From Thermostichus sp. DRC_bins_24 (lineage in GTDB: Bacteria; Cyanobacteriota; Cyanobacteriia; Thermostichales; Thermostichaceae): a DNA stretch of 64,000 nt. Every line of letters begins with the position of its first letter. Position 1 is the first letter of the stretch. Both the position numbers and the translations under genes were made by a program. This document shows, piece by piece, positions 1 to 9,982 of this stretch. The stretch lies in assembly GCA_039794845.1 (NCBI GenBank), contig JAUQVK010000025.1, positions 32,001-96,000 on the forward strand. Reading direction: 5' to 3'. The notes under the pieces were generated by a model that did no database searches, was not told the origin of the DNA, and saw nothing but the letters and a program-made list of their open reading frames with translations.

Positions 1-117
1 TGCAAGGATCCCTCGGCCAGATCCCCAGGCGGCTTATCCCGAAAACGTGAAAAGTATCTTAAGATCAACGGTAAGCAAATCTCACATGCATTAGGTCAGC
101 ACCTCAGGAGGTAACCG

Positions 118-1197
118 ATGGCTCTCGTTGCAATGCGGACGCTGCTGGATCATGCCGCTGAAAACGGCTACGGCATTCCTGCCTTCAATGTCAACAATAT
201 GGAGCAGATCCAGTCAATCATGCAGGCAGCCCACGAAACCAACAGCCCCGTCATTCTGCAAGCCTCTCGGGGGGCACGCAAATATGCGGGCGAGAACTTC
301 CTGCGGCACCTGATCTTGGCGGCAGCGGAAACCTACCCCCACATTCCCATTGCCATGCACCAAGACCATGGCAACAGCCCCGCCACCTGCTACTCCGCCA
401 TCCGCAACGGCTTCACCAGCGTCATGATGGATGGCTCCCTCAAGGCCGATGCCAAAACCCCCGCCAGCTACGAGTACAACGTGGAAGTGACCTCTGAAGT
501 GGTGAAGGTGGCCCACTCGATTGGGGTGAGTGTAGAAGGGGAACTGGGCTGCCTGGGATCCCTGGAAACCGGCATGGGGGACAAAGAGGACGGCCACGGG
601 GCTGAGGGCGTACTCAGCCACGATCAACTGCTGACGGATCCTGACCAAGCGGTGGATTTTGTGGAGCAAACTCAGGTGGATGCCTTGGCGGTTGCCATCG
701 GTACCAGCCATGGGGCCTACAAGTTCTCCCGTAAGCCCACCGGCGACATCCTCGATATGGAGCGTATCGCTGAAATTCACCGTCGTCTGCCCAACACCCA
801 CTTGGTGATGCACGGATCCTCTTCGGTGCCCAAGGAGCTGATCGACATCATCAACGAGTTTGGGGGCTCCATCCCGGAAACCTACGGGGTGCCTGTGGAA
901 GAGATCCAGCGGGGCATTAAAAACGGGGTGCGTAAGGTCAACATTGATACGGACAACCGGCTGGCAATTACGGCAGCGGTACGGCGTGCCTTGGCGGAAA
1001 AACCGGAGGAGTTTGATCCCCGTCATTTCCTTAAGCCCTCCATCAAGGAGATGCAGAAGGTGTGTGCCGACCGTTATCAGCAGTTCGGCTGTGCCGGTCA
1101 GGGAACCAAGGTGCCGGTGGTTACTCTGGATGAGATGGCTGCTAAGTATGCCTCGGGCGCTTTGGCGGCCCAGGTGAAAAAGACCGTTGTGGTTTAA
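118..1197 (+). CDS. fbaA: Class II fructose-bisphosphate aldolase
   Basis: Motifs [55 protein letters not shown] upstream. Confidence 0.97.
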   Translation: MALVAMRTLLDHAAENGYGIPAFNVNNMEQIQSIMQAAHETNSPVILQASRGARKYAGENFLRHLILAAAETYPHIPIAMHQDHGNSPATCYSAIRNGFTSVMMDGSLKADAKTPASYEYNVEVTSEVVKVAHSIGVSVEGELGCLGSLETGMGDKEDGHGAEGVLSHDQLLTDPDQAVDFVEQTQVDALAVAIGTSHGAYKFSRKPTGDILDMERIAEIHRRLPNTHLVMHGSSSVPKELIDIINEFGGSIPETYGVPVEEIQRGIKNGVRKVNIDTDNRLAITAAVRRALAEKPEEFDPRHFLKPSIKEMQKVCADRYQQFGCAGQGTKVPVVTLDEMAAKYASGALAAQVKKTVVV

Positions 1198-1471
1198 GGT
1201 AAAGGATCCGATCAGCCTGGGCAACATCCGGGGCTTGATCGAGAGAGTCTGATGAGCGAAGGGATCCCATGCGGATCCCTTTTTTTGTTGCCTGTTGGGA
1301 GAAGATGGATACCCCTTGGGGTGCTCCTAACGCCTGACGGATTTCCTGTTGCGCTGAGGCAGAAATGGTGAGGCCGATTTTGCGGCGGAGCTTCTCAATG
1401 TTGCGGGCGGGGGTGCTGTACTCGGTTAGCTCATCCTCCGCCATCATGATCAGCCGTTTGAGCTGGGACAT
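1142..1471 (-). pseudogene. Probably truncated cyanobacterial hypothetical protein
   Basis: N-terminus MSQLKRLIMMAEDELTEYST...IEKLRRKI looks like a real protein; the frame then runs antisense through the fbaA terminator and 3' end. Confidence 0.45.
1259..1286 (+). terminator. Intrinsic terminator of fbaA with a stem built from GGATCC-core sites
   Basis: AAGGGATCC-catgc-GGATCCCTT followed by a T run. Confidence 0.8.
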
Positions 1472-1604
1472 ACATGGGCTCTCCTGGCTTTGACCTTGGT
1501 CTGGAGCCCAGTATGGGGCAAGCAGGAGAAGCATGAGGCGAAAGTGTCAACGGGATCCCTGATTCGCCCACCTCAACACACCCTTTTCAGGAATCCCGCC
1601 AACG

Positions 1605-1862
1605 CTAGAGGGGGAAATTAAGCCGTTCGTGCTGGGGGAACGGAACCTTTTCCGCCACAATATCGTGGTTGAGCAGTGCCAAAATAAGGCGATCCAGCAT
1701 TTCCAGCTCGGCCTCGGAATAACGGCGCCCGAAGAGCAAATCGTTGATCATGTTCTCTTGACTCAAGCTCAGGAACCCGCTGCGAAACACTTGCTCCACA
1801 ATTTCTTGAATGCTGGAGGTGGAGAGAGAAACTGTGTTAGGAGGATAAATCAAGGTATTCAT
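1605..1862 (-). CDS. Small helical hypothetical protein
   Basis: 85 aa; IQEIVEQVFRSGFLSLSQE...ELEMLDRL resembles small cyanobacterial conserved proteins. Confidence 0.7.
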   Translation of the reverse strand: MNTLIYPPNTVSLSTSSIQEIVEQVFRSGFLSLSQENMINDLLFGRRYSEAELEMLDRLILALLNHDIVAEKVPFPQHERLNFPL

Positions 1863-1864
1863 GG

Positions 1865-2104
1865 TTACTTTTGACGGGGTGTAAGATAGCGTTGTTCAAT
1901 TTGCTGCCATGAAAGACGGGGTAAGGATACCCCAGATTCAGCAGGCGCAGGAGAGGCAGAGGCTTGCCACATCAGGGAAATGCCCCGCAGCTCCCCCAAT
2001 TCCAAGTGCTCGTTCAGCAGGGTGGCCAAACGATAGGCACGGTAGTCTAATGTTGGATCTACGGCAGTTGCCATCCGTATTTCCTCGCTGTTTCCAAAAC
2101 TCAT
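1865..2104 (-). CDS. Hypothetical protein (start uncertain)
   Basis: ORF ends 2 bp before the next start, suggesting coupling. Confidence 0.5.
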   Translation of the reverse strand: MSFGNSEEIRMATAVDPTLDYRAYRLATLLNEHLELGELRGISLMWQASASPAPAESGVSLPRLSWQQIEQRYLTPRQK

Positions 2105-2271
2105 GGCCCTATCGTAGCCATTAACCGGGGAAAAACCGGGGAAATACCGAAAATACACGTAGGTAGTTTATACGTATTCCCTACGCGATTTAGCGGAGAG
2201 CAGACAGGTTCCCTGAGGATCTTTGGTTTTGCTTTAGATTCGTTGGGGAACACCGTTGTTTTGGGAACGAG

Positions 2272-2649
2272 CTAGGGATCCCAGCCCGCGAAAGCAGAGA
2301 TTTCAGCAGCCAAGGTAGCCGCATTAAAGGGTTTGCTGATAATGCCATCAACCCCCAAGTGATCGAAGGAGCCATCGCGGGCATCCTTCACTTTGGCCGT
2401 CAGGAGAATGACAGGGATCCCCTGGGTTTCGGGACGTGCTCGCAATTGGGCTAAGGTTGCCGGGCCGTCCATCCCCGGCATCATCACATCCAGCAAAATC
2501 GCCTCCGGTTGTTCTTGGGCGGCTTTTTGGATCCCTTCCGGGCCGGATCCCGCCGTTAACACCTCCCAACCCGCCAAGTTTTCCAGGATGAGCTGAGTCA
2601 TTTCCCAGATATCGGGCTCATCGTCGATGATCAACAGGCGATGGGTCAT
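2272..2649 (-). CDS. Single-domain response regulator (CheY-like)
   Basis: LLIIDDE, ILLDVMMPGMDG, LLTAK, SKPF. Confidence 0.95.
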   Translation of the reverse strand: MTHRLLIIDDEPDIWEMTQLILENLAGWEVLTAGSGPEGIQKAAQEQPEAILLDVMMPGMDGPATLAQLRARPETQGIPVILLTAKVKDARDGSFDHLGVDGIISKPFNAATLAAEISAFAGWDP

Positions 2650-3023
2650 GAGGTTTGGGCTAGCAGTTGGTGTACCCGTTCTTGAAATTCTGCCGGGCTA
2701 ATGCGCCCCTTGGTAAAAACCTGAGTGAGCTGAGATTCTAGGCGGAGGCGCTCCTGATACTCCACATCGCGGGCGGTATAAATCAGAATCGGGATCGGTT
2801 TGGCAGGAGGATGCTGCTCCAACCAATCCAGCAGGGCAAAGCCTTCGTCTCCCGCCAGTTCCAAGTCCAGGATGATCAGATCGGGGGTTGAGGTTTGACA
2901 ATGGCTGATGGCCCTGCGAGCCGAAGCAACCGTGACAAATTCCGTGCCCTGCCGCTCCAGCAATAAGCTCAGAATATAGGCGAGATTGGGATCATCCTCG
3001 ACAATTAACACCTGCTGAGACAT
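2646..3023 (-). CDS. Single-domain response regulator (CheY-like)
   Basis: VLIVEDD, IILDLEL, YTAR, TKG; 4-bp overlap with the next gene. Confidence 0.92.
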   Translation of the reverse strand: MSQQVLIVEDDPNLAYILSLLLERQGTEFVTVASARRAISHCQTSTPDLIILDLELAGDEGFALLDWLEQHPPAKPIPILIYTARDVEYQERLRLESQLTQVFTKGRISPAEFQERVHQLLAQTS

Positions 3024-3112
3024 TGTGGGCCCCTAATGGAAATCGTGGAGCTTAAAAGGGAGAACCCTATTCAATTTAGCCATCAAGTGGGGTAAAACCA
3101 GAGAAAGATCAA

Positions 3113-3589
3113 TCAATCGCCGGCTTCGTTGCTGACAAAGGCCAGGGCGTTTGGTTCCTTCGATTCCAGTGCATATTTCAGGGTGTGCCAGGCCAAATTG
3201 GCACATTTGATCCGTACCGGAAACTGGGCCACCCCTTTCATGGCGTTGAGGGCCCGTTGCTCCCGTGGAAACTCTTCACCCCCGCGCATCATGCCCTGAA
3301 ACCGCTCGACCAACTGCAGCGCCTCCGGCACCGTTAGCCCCCGCAAGGCATCCGCCATCAAATCTGCCGAGGCCAAGGCAATTGCGCAGCCTTCCCCCTC
3401 AAATTTCACATCTGTGATTCGCTCTTGAGCGGGATCCAGTTGCAGGGTGAGGTCGATGGTATCGCCACAGGAGGGATTGTGGCCCCGCTGGTGACGATGC
3501 ACGGGATCCACTCTGCCGCGGTTGTGGGGCTTTTTGTATCGCTCCAGAATGACTTGCTGATAAAGTCCGCGCAGGTTATCTAAAGGCAT
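3113..3589 (-). CDS. sufU: SUF system sulfur-transfer/scaffold protein (NifU-like)
   Basis: LYQQVIL, NPSCGD, FEGEGCA, RIKCA. Confidence 0.93.
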   Translation of the reverse strand: MPLDNLRGLYQQVILERYKKPHNRGRVDPVHRHQRGHNPSCGDTIDLTLQLDPAQERITDVKFEGEGCAIALASADLMADALRGLTVPEALQLVERFQGMMRGGEEFPREQRALNAMKGVAQFPVRIKCANLAWHTLKYALESKEPNALAFVSNEAGD

Positions 3590-3698
3590 TCTTGCTCCTG
3601 ATGTGCCGCCGCTTTTGCTGAAGAAAGTCCGGCTGGTCGATGAAAGAAAGGGATCTGAATCTATGTCTGATCTTAACCCCGTTCTTGGGGGGCTTGGA

Positions 3699-4889
3699 TT
3701 AGTAGAAAAACTCTTGCCAGCGCACAGGTTTGAGCTGGCGCATGTAGAGCCAATCGAACAGGTTTTTCAAAGCTGTGGCCCAATATCCCCGCCAAATTAG
3801 CCACCCCTTCTTGGCCACAGCGATGCGGTTACCCACCGTTACACAGACAAAAGCCGTGGCTTGCGGGCGGTAAGGGATCAGAGGTTGAGCGCGGATCAGC
3901 CGCAGCAGGTTTTGGGCTGCAATCGGCCCCTGTCGCACCGCATACACGCCGATCTTGGGTAGCAGCCGGCCTTTGGAGGCAAAATCGGCACAGTCCCCCA
4001 TGGCCAAGATGCGTTCGGTTCCTTGCACCCGCAGGCATTCATCCACAATCAGGGATCCCTCTGGCCCCACCGGCAAGCCACATTCCGAGAGCCACGCCGG
4101 CACTTGTAACCCACCGGCCCATAGGCGCGTCTGGGCCACCAACTCGCTGCCATCGGTCAGCCAAACTTGCTCCGGCCCAAAGGCTTTAACCTGGCGCTCG
4201 GCCCAAATTTCTACCCCCAATCGGCGGATCCCGGCTTCGACGGAGCGGCTGAAGCGGTTGTCTTCCCCTGCGGCAACGCCGGCGGCCAGGTGTCGATTGC
4301 GGCTGATCAACACGAATCGGGCTTGGGTTATGGGGATCCCGGTTTTTGCGCTCATCTCTTGGCACAGGTCGTAGAGTTCTCCCATCAGCTCGGTGCCTGT
4401 GCAGCCGCCCCCTGCCACCACAAAGGTGAGTAAGCCTGGGGTCGGATCCTTCTGGGCAGCCCGTTGCCAGCAGTGGCGGATCCAGGCTTGGGCAGCCAGC
4501 AATTGCTGGGCAGGGCGAATTGTAAAGGCGTGTTGGATCCCCTCGATGGTGCGTAGCTCACGGCCCACATTCACCAGCAAATAGTCGTAGGCAAGGGTCT
4601 GTACCCCGGTTTCGCTCTGTACTGTCAGGGTTTGGGCTGCGGGTTGGATATGGGTAACTCGTCCTGGCAAAAACTGTGCTCCATTGGCCTGAATATGCTC
4701 TAGTAGCGGGATCCGTACCAGCTCTAAGGAAAACCGACCGCTGAGAAGCCGCGTCGACATCCCGGAATTAACAATGTAGGGATAGGGATTAATGGCGATA
4801 ACCCGTGCCTGCCCTTTGAGCGCCCGCAAAGCATCGATGGCGCCATAGCCGCATCCGGCCAAGATCACCGTGGGCAGGGATCCCGTCAT
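3699..4889 (-). CDS. FAD-dependent pyridine nucleotide-disulfide oxidoreductase (NDH-2-like; resembles the SelD-associated domain)
   Basis: GCGYGA, YDYL, GGGCTGTE, AMGDCA, PKIGVYAVRQGP, YRPQ. Confidence 0.85.
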   Translation of the reverse strand: MTGSLPTVILAGCGYGAIDALRALKGQARVIAINPYPYIVNSGMSTRLLSGRFSLELVRIPLLEHIQANGAQFLPGRVTHIQPAAQTLTVQSETGVQTLAYDYLLVNVGRELRTIEGIQHAFTIRPAQQLLAAQAWIRHCWQRAAQKDPTPGLLTFVVAGGGCTGTELMGELYDLCQEMSAKTGIPITQARFVLISRNRHLAAGVAAGEDNRFSRSVEAGIRRLGVEIWAERQVKAFGPEQVWLTDGSELVAQTRLWAGGLQVPAWLSECGLPVGPEGSLIVDECLRVQGTERILAMGDCADFASKGRLLPKIGVYAVRQGPIAAQNLLRLIRAQPLIPYRPQATAFVCVTVGNRIAVAKKGWLIWRGYWATALKNLFDWLYMRQLKPVRWQEFFY

Positions 4890-5836
4890 CTTTCCAGAGG
4901 ATAGTCTTGGGGGTCACTAGCCGCCCATTCGTAAATGGATCCAGAATAGTTCTTCGCCCTCAAGCCCAAGTGGGTCAAGACGGTGGTTAACCAAGCTGAA
5001 CGGATCCCGGCTGTGCAATAGGAAACGATCTCAGCATTGAGATCCACTCCTGCTTTTTGTAACCGCGAGCGAATTTCCTCAGGTGGCAACAGGGATCCCT
5101 TCGCATCCATCAGTTCTTTGTAGTGGAGATGCACAGCACCGGGGATATGGCCACCGCGCACCTCGCCATAGGGGGTAGCCCCCTCGTATTCTTTGGCTTC
5201 GCGGCTATCGATGATCACCACGCTGTCGGATCCAAGGCTGGCCTGCAGGGTCTCGCGGTCAATCTCCCACCGGTCGGTGCGTTGCACCACAAAGTCACCT
5301 CGTTGCGGTTCGATCAGTTGAGTCGTCGTGGGCACCCCCAGCTCCACCAAAGCCGGATAGCCCCCATCCACCATGACCGCCTGCTGATGACCCAGACTGC
5401 GCAACATCCAAACAATGCGGCCATCTTCTCCCCAGCCCTGCAGGGGATCCGCCACCACCACAACCGGGCGCTCCTGAAACACTCCGATTGCCTGGAGCTT
5501 CTCGGTAAGGAGGGCATCATCTGCCAAGAGCTTGCCGTTGTTGGGGGCCTCTGACTGGGAAAACTCTCCCCATGTCACAGGAATTGAGCCCGTTAGGATC
5601 CCGGCGGCTTGCAACTTTGCGCTGCGTGTATCCAGAAGGGTTGCCCCTTGTTCGATCAACTGACGGGCGGTTTCGGGGCCGACCACCCACTCTTGCAGTT
5701 GGGTCATGGGTTGAGCTTGGGCCGAGAGGAACCTGACCGAAGAACTCGCCGGAAAGAGGGCAACCAGGGGATCCCCGATTGCGATGAAACCGAGGATCCC
5801 TGCAGTCAGCGTCAATCTGGAAAAGGTACGGAACAT
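4886..5836 (-). CDS. Tandem-domain rhodanese sulfurtransferase with N-terminal export signal
   Basis: GEDGRIVW, DGG, IDSR..EY.G, GGHIPGA, YCTAGIRS, YSGSIYEW; hydrophobic N-terminus ending AQA. Confidence 0.92.
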   Translation of the reverse strand: MFRTFSRLTLTAGILGFIAIGDPLVALFPASSSVRFLSAQAQPMTQLQEWVVGPETARQLIEQGATLLDTRSAKLQAAGILTGSIPVTWGEFSQSEAPNNGKLLADDALLTEKLQAIGVFQERPVVVVADPLQGWGEDGRIVWMLRSLGHQQAVMVDGGYPALVELGVPTTTQLIEPQRGDFVVQRTDRWEIDRETLQASLGSDSVVIIDSREAKEYEGATPYGEVRGGHIPGAVHLHYKELMDAKGSLLPPEEIRSRLQKAGVDLNAEIVSYCTAGIRSAWLTTVLTHLGLRAKNYSGSIYEWAASDPQDYPLER

Positions 5837-5981
5837 CCTCAGTCTCTCAACAGGCCCTGAAGATTCTATCTCACCTTTGCCTGAGGCCCTCTCTTGTGTT
5901 CATGAGGGATCCCAGCCCTCCAACTCTTGGCATTAGCTTCGGTTCTGCTTCTGGAAGCCTGTGAGTTTTCTTCAGGACAGC

Positions 5982-6839
5982 TCAAGCCTCGAGTTCCTCA
6001 TTTTTGACAACATCAACTGGCAGCCAATGGGCCTGAGAAAGCCAGTTGAGAGCAACGAAAGTCACCCCAAGCGAGAGCACCCCCATCAGTCCGGCCAGCG
6101 GGTTTTCCCCGATCCCCGTCACCCATTCCGGCGCCCTGCCGGTGTAGTCGAACCAACCCACATTATTGACCCAAGCAATGCCCCATACCCAGCCAGCATG
6201 AAGCCCCAAGCTCAAGCCCAGTCTTCTTTGGGTCCACAGGCGAGCCTGCACCAGCAACAACCCCATCAGCCACAACCCCGGAAACTGGGGCCAAGTGGCG
6301 AGGATCTCTTCCAGGGGCTTGAGAAAATGGGCCACCGCAAAAAGGAGGCTAGAACCCCAGCCGGCAGCAGCTAGGCCGTAGTCTAGGGCCATTTCTTCCA
6401 GCATCCAACCGCGAAAAAACAACTCCTCCACCAAGGCTACCGCCAAACCCAAGAGCAAACCCAGCAACCCGTAGCCCAACAGGGATCCCCAGCCAACCGA
6501 CCTCCAGGCCAGCCAACCGAACCACCCTTCCACAACAAAAAGCAGCAACAGTCCCCCGCACCCCGTCACCAGGCCCTGTAGAATCCCGCCCCGGCAGGCC
6601 CAACTGCGATCCAGGCCATAGGTGGCAAACCCCTGGGATCCGCGCCATTCCCCCCACAGCCACAGCCAACCCAGCAGCAGGCCGTACAAGGGCAACCACA
6701 GGTAGTCTCGTCCCTGCGGAAACAGCCACCAACCCAGCCCGACGAAGGGCAGCCAGGCCAAAGCCAGGATCCCCAGAAACACGAGCAACCGCAATGGGAA
6801 CGGATAGGCCCTCCAGCCAGTGGGCATCGGCCTCAACAT
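5982..6839 (-). CDS. CPBP (CAAX/Abi) intramembrane metalloprotease
   Basis: EELFFRG, FAVAH, LHAGW; multiple TM segments. Confidence 0.92.
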   Translation of the reverse strand: MLRPMPTGWRAYPFPLRLLVFLGILALAWLPFVGLGWWLFPQGRDYLWLPLYGLLLGWLWLWGEWRGSQGFATYGLDRSWACRGGILQGLVTGCGGLLLLFVVEGWFGWLAWRSVGWGSLLGYGLLGLLLGLAVALVEELFFRGWMLEEMALDYGLAAAGWGSSLLFAVAHFLKPLEEILATWPQFPGLWLMGLLLVQARLWTQRRLGLSLGLHAGWVWGIAWVNNVGWFDYTGRAPEWVTGIGENPLAGLMGVLSLGVTFVALNWLSQAHWLPVDVVKNEELEA

Positions 6840-7123
6840 TCCGGCTCAATCGAGCTGGTCAGGCCATGTTGGCGCAGCTGTTCACAGTAAAACTCGGCGT
6901 GTTCTCGAGGAACCACGATCACCACGGCCATGCCATTGTTGTGGGCCTCTAGCATGATCTCCGTGGCTTGGGGGGGCATCATCGCCGGGATCACCTGCAC
7001 CAAAACCCCTACCACATACTCCATCGTGTTGAAATCGTCGTTGTGCAGCAGCACCCGGTACATGGGCATGTGCTTTGGGGTGACAGAGGGCTTAACCAGA
7101 GTCTCCGTAGGCACGACGATCAC
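6833..7123 (-). CDS. clpS: Clp protease adaptor ClpS
   Basis: YRVLLHNDDFNTMEYV, MLEAHNNG, HAEFYCEQL. Confidence 0.96.
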   Translation of the reverse strand: MIVVPTETLVKPSVTPKHMPMYRVLLHNDDFNTMEYVVGVLVQVIPAMMPPQATEIMLEAHNNGMAVVIVVPREHAEFYCEQLRQHGLTSSIEPEC

Positions 7124-7300
7124 TCCTTAGAAGGTAAAAACAGAGGATAGAAAGCAAGTGGATGACGAACTGTAGTGAAATTTTAGCCTTCTCAGCAGAG
7201 CCTGTGGAGTAAAAAAGGTAACCACAACAGGATCCCAAGATTTAGCCCGTAGGAAAACTGCCCATAGGAGCGGTCAATCTTGGATTTATTAAACAGATTT

Positions 7301-7341
7301 ATTAAACAAGTGCTAACCCAGCCTTCACCTGCTCACAACCT
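7301..7341 (+). promoter_or_regulatory. Pho box (SphR/PhoB site): four 8-mers at 11-bp period
   Basis: ATTAAACA(7301), GCTAACCC(7312), CTTCACCT(7323), CACAACCT(7334) versus consensus CTTAACCT, upstream of phoD. Confidence 0.75.
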
Positions 7342-7429
7342 CACCCTAGGCGCAAAAATGCTTGACTAAGGGCGACTGGTTTTGATTGCGGATCCCTTTA
7401 CATTCGCCGGCGTCGCTGAGGTTGGTTTC

Positions 7430-9160
7430 ATGAGTTCCCTGCATTCCCGTCGCTTTTTCTTGCAGCTGATGATGTTTGGGGGTGGGGCAGCTGCCCTTGC
7501 CGCCTGTGGGGGTAGTTCCAGTTCTTCGGTTGCCCCATTGGGGGAACCGGGTTTTCCGCAGGGGGTGTTCGCCGGGGATCCCACGGCTCAGGGGGCGGTG
7601 CTCTCGACGCGGGTGATCCCTGCCGCTGCAGCGGATACGGTATCTGTCACCCTGCAAATTGCCGAGAATCCTGATTTTGCGCCGCTCCTACAAGAGATTC
7701 CCCTCAGCGCCCGTCGTACCGCTGGCAGTAATTATCGCAACGAGCCCGGAGACTACATTGCCCGCGCCGTGGTGCAGGGGTTGGGTGCTGCTCAAACCTA
7801 TTACTACCGCTTTGTCAGTGCCGATGGCTTTACCAGCCCGGTGGGTCAGTTCCGCACGCTGCCGGATGCCGGGGATGGACGCACCATTCGCTTCATGCAC
7901 ATCAGTTGTGCCAATGAGCCGCCTTTTCCCATTGGGGCTGCCATGCTCGCGGAGGTGAGCCGGGGGGATATCGACTTCATTTCTTTTAACGGCGATACCG
8001 TTTATGCCGACCGCTTCTGGCTGGGTCTGGATCCAACGGGGAACTTGGATTTTTACCGCAGCCTTTACCGCGACCAACGGGATCCCAACTACGCGGGGCC
8101 GGAGTTTCCGCAACTGTTTGGCCGCACCTCTTTTGTGATCAACTGGGATGACCATGAGGTAATCGACAACTACAGCGGTCAGAAGGATCGCGGTGGCCCT
8201 GCGACTCAATTGGATGACACGACGGGGCAAACCCGCGATGTCGAGGATCTCAAGGTTCTCGGCTATCAAGCCTTTTTCGAGTACAACCCCATTACCCCCA
8301 ACCTGACGGATGTGGGGGGTGTCGATGCTCGGGATCGGGTGTTTCGCAGCTTCCGCTATGGGGCCAATGCGGAGGTGTTCATTCCCGATTTGCGCCAGTA
8401 CCGCGATCTGGCAGTGGTGACTCCGATTCTGCCCATCTTGCCCCCGGGTTTGACTCGCGATCAATTTTTGGCCCTCTCCGGCATTAGCCTCACCCCCGAA
8501 CAGGAGGCCCTTTTCTTCGGCCCCCCCGGATCGGAAGAGGCCCTGTTTAACCTGCTGCGTCGCACCCCGCGTACCCTGTTGGGCGGCCCCCAAAAGCAGT
8601 GGTTGCTGAATGGCCTGCGCAACTCCACCGCCACCTATAAGTTCATCGTCAGCCAGTTCCCGATCACCGTTACCTATTTCCGCTCCAACGATGTTTGGGA
8701 AGGCTACTGGTTGGAACGACAAGAAGTGATCGACTTTATCGAGGCCAACAACATCCGCAATGTGGTGTTCTTGACGGGGAATAACCATGCGGGCTTTATC
8801 GGCCAAGTTAACCCCGGCAGCAACAATCCGATCTGGGAGGTCTGGGCCGGCCCCACCGGGCGCAGTGTCACCGCCCTCAGCATTGATGAGCTGGGCAATC
8901 AATTGGGGATCCCCAACGCCAGCCGCATCTACTACGGCATTGTCAATGGCTTTTTGGCCCCGGTGAATCCTGGCAACCCGCAGATCAGCGGCATCCCAGG
9001 AGTGACCACCAGTAACCTGCGCTTTTTGGAGCTGGCGGTGCCCAACTACCACACCATTGAGGTTTCCGGCAGCCGGTGCACCATCCAGATTAAAGGGCCG
9101 ACGGGCAGCGTCTTGACGGATCCCTTCGGGCGGCGGGGGGAGTTGATCTTGCCGCAATAA
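7430..9160 (+). CDS. phoD: PhoD-family alkaline phosphatase, Tat-exported lipoprotein
   Basis: SRRFFL twin-arginine motif, LAAC lipobox, SCAN, GDTVYAD, WDDHEVIDNY, DLRQYR, QKQWL, WEGY..ER. Confidence 0.92.
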   Translation: MSSLHSRRFFLQLMMFGGGAAALAACGGSSSSSVAPLGEPGFPQGVFAGDPTAQGAVLSTRVIPAAAADTVSVTLQIAENPDFAPLLQEIPLSARRTAGSNYRNEPGDYIARAVVQGLGAAQTYYYRFVSADGFTSPVGQFRTLPDAGDGRTIRFMHISCANEPPFPIGAAMLAEVSRGDIDFISFNGDTVYADRFWLGLDPTGNLDFYRSLYRDQRDPNYAGPEFPQLFGRTSFVINWDDHEVIDNYSGQKDRGGPATQLDDTTGQTRDVEDLKVLGYQAFFEYNPITPNLTDVGGVDARDRVFRSFRYGANAEVFIPDLRQYRDLAVVTPILPILPPGLTRDQFLALSGISLTPEQEALFFGPPGSEEALFNLLRRTPRTLLGGPQKQWLLNGLRNSTATYKFIVSQFPITVTYFRSNDVWEGYWLERQEVIDFIEANNIRNVVFLTGNNHAGFIGQVNPGSNNPIWEVWAGPTGRSVTALSIDELGNQLGIPNASRIYYGIVNGFLAPVNPGNPQISGIPGVTTSNLRFLELAVPNYHTIEVSGSRCTIQIKGPTGSVLTDPFGRRGELILPQ

Positions 9161-9448
9161 ATCTACAAAAGTAATCCTGTAAACAATCATGCTAAAGATG
9201 TGATTTGGATCATCCACCAGATGAAAGGGATGGATGCTAGAGTAGGGGCAAGACAAGTGTTAGGAATAGCCAGGCATCGGTTGCTTAAACTTGGGTTGTT
9301 AGATTAGAGCAACAGAAATGACTGGTTTGTGTTGAGGTTTTTCAGACAGATTCCTATTCTGTAGGTGTTTGATAGTAAACTTAGCTGGTATTCCTAATCT
9401 ATCTTGTTTTGCCAAATATCTTTTTATAGTTTATAGGGATGGTGAAAG

Positions 9449-9811
9449 ATGGGTTCTCTTTGGAGGGGCGGAGCCTCTGCTTTCCTGGTGGCAGCTTTGG
9501 GATTGTGCATGAGTGGGGAAGGTTGGGCTCAAAGTCGAACTTTCCTGTTGCGTCGTGGGCAGTCCACGCTTACCACCGGCTACTTTGTCAGGAATGAAGC
9601 CATTTGGGCCGAATGCGATAGAGATTGTTTGGATGTAGATCTTAAACTTTTTGATCGCAATAATCGGTTGGTTGATGCTGATGAATTGAGGGATGACTTT
9701 CCGGTGGTGCGGGCACCCTTCGATGGGGAGTTTACCCTTGAGGTAATTATGTTTGACTGTCGCAGTTCCGCTGGATGTTATGTAGTGGTTGATTCTGAAT
9801 TGGGCTTTTGA
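9449..9811 (+). CDS. Small secreted protein with CDxDCxDxDL motif (PPC-like)
   Basis: Signal peptide; ECDRDCLDVDLKLFD. Confidence 0.7.
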   Translation: MGSLWRGGASAFLVAALGLCMSGEGWAQSRTFLLRRGQSTLTTGYFVRNEAIWAECDRDCLDVDLKLFDRNNRLVDADELRDDFPVVRAPFDGEFTLEVIMFDCRSSAGCYVVVDSELGF

Positions 9812-9821
9812 AGCGATTGGG

Positions 9822-9918
9822 TAGACTGCGGAGGGATGGTGCTCTGCACATGGCCTAGCGAGAGCAGGAGTAGGAAGCATAAGCCAGCCCTGTGTAGAAA
9901 ACCTGCGCAAGGGCTGTA
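9822..9918 (-). mobile_element. MITE-like repeat, partial copy (left part)
   Basis: Reverse complement TACAGCCCTTGCGCAGGTTTTCTACACAGGG...GAGCACCATCCC aligns with 52430-52508. Confidence 0.7.
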
Positions 9919-9982
9919 ACCTGAAGGGGTGCTTCTGGGGCGACAATGAGAGGGATCCCTCATTTTTTCGCTTGCCGATCCC

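Noticed and set aside
3699..4889. Sulfide:quinone oxidoreductase call
   Set aside because: SQR-type catalytic Cys motifs were not recognised and an NAD-binding GGGxxGxE motif is present
7688..9256. 522-aa ORF antisense to phoD, and similar long antisense ORFs at 214-1227, 41999-43108 and 54454-55257
   Set aside because: Shadows of high-GC genes on the opposite strand with no motifs of their own
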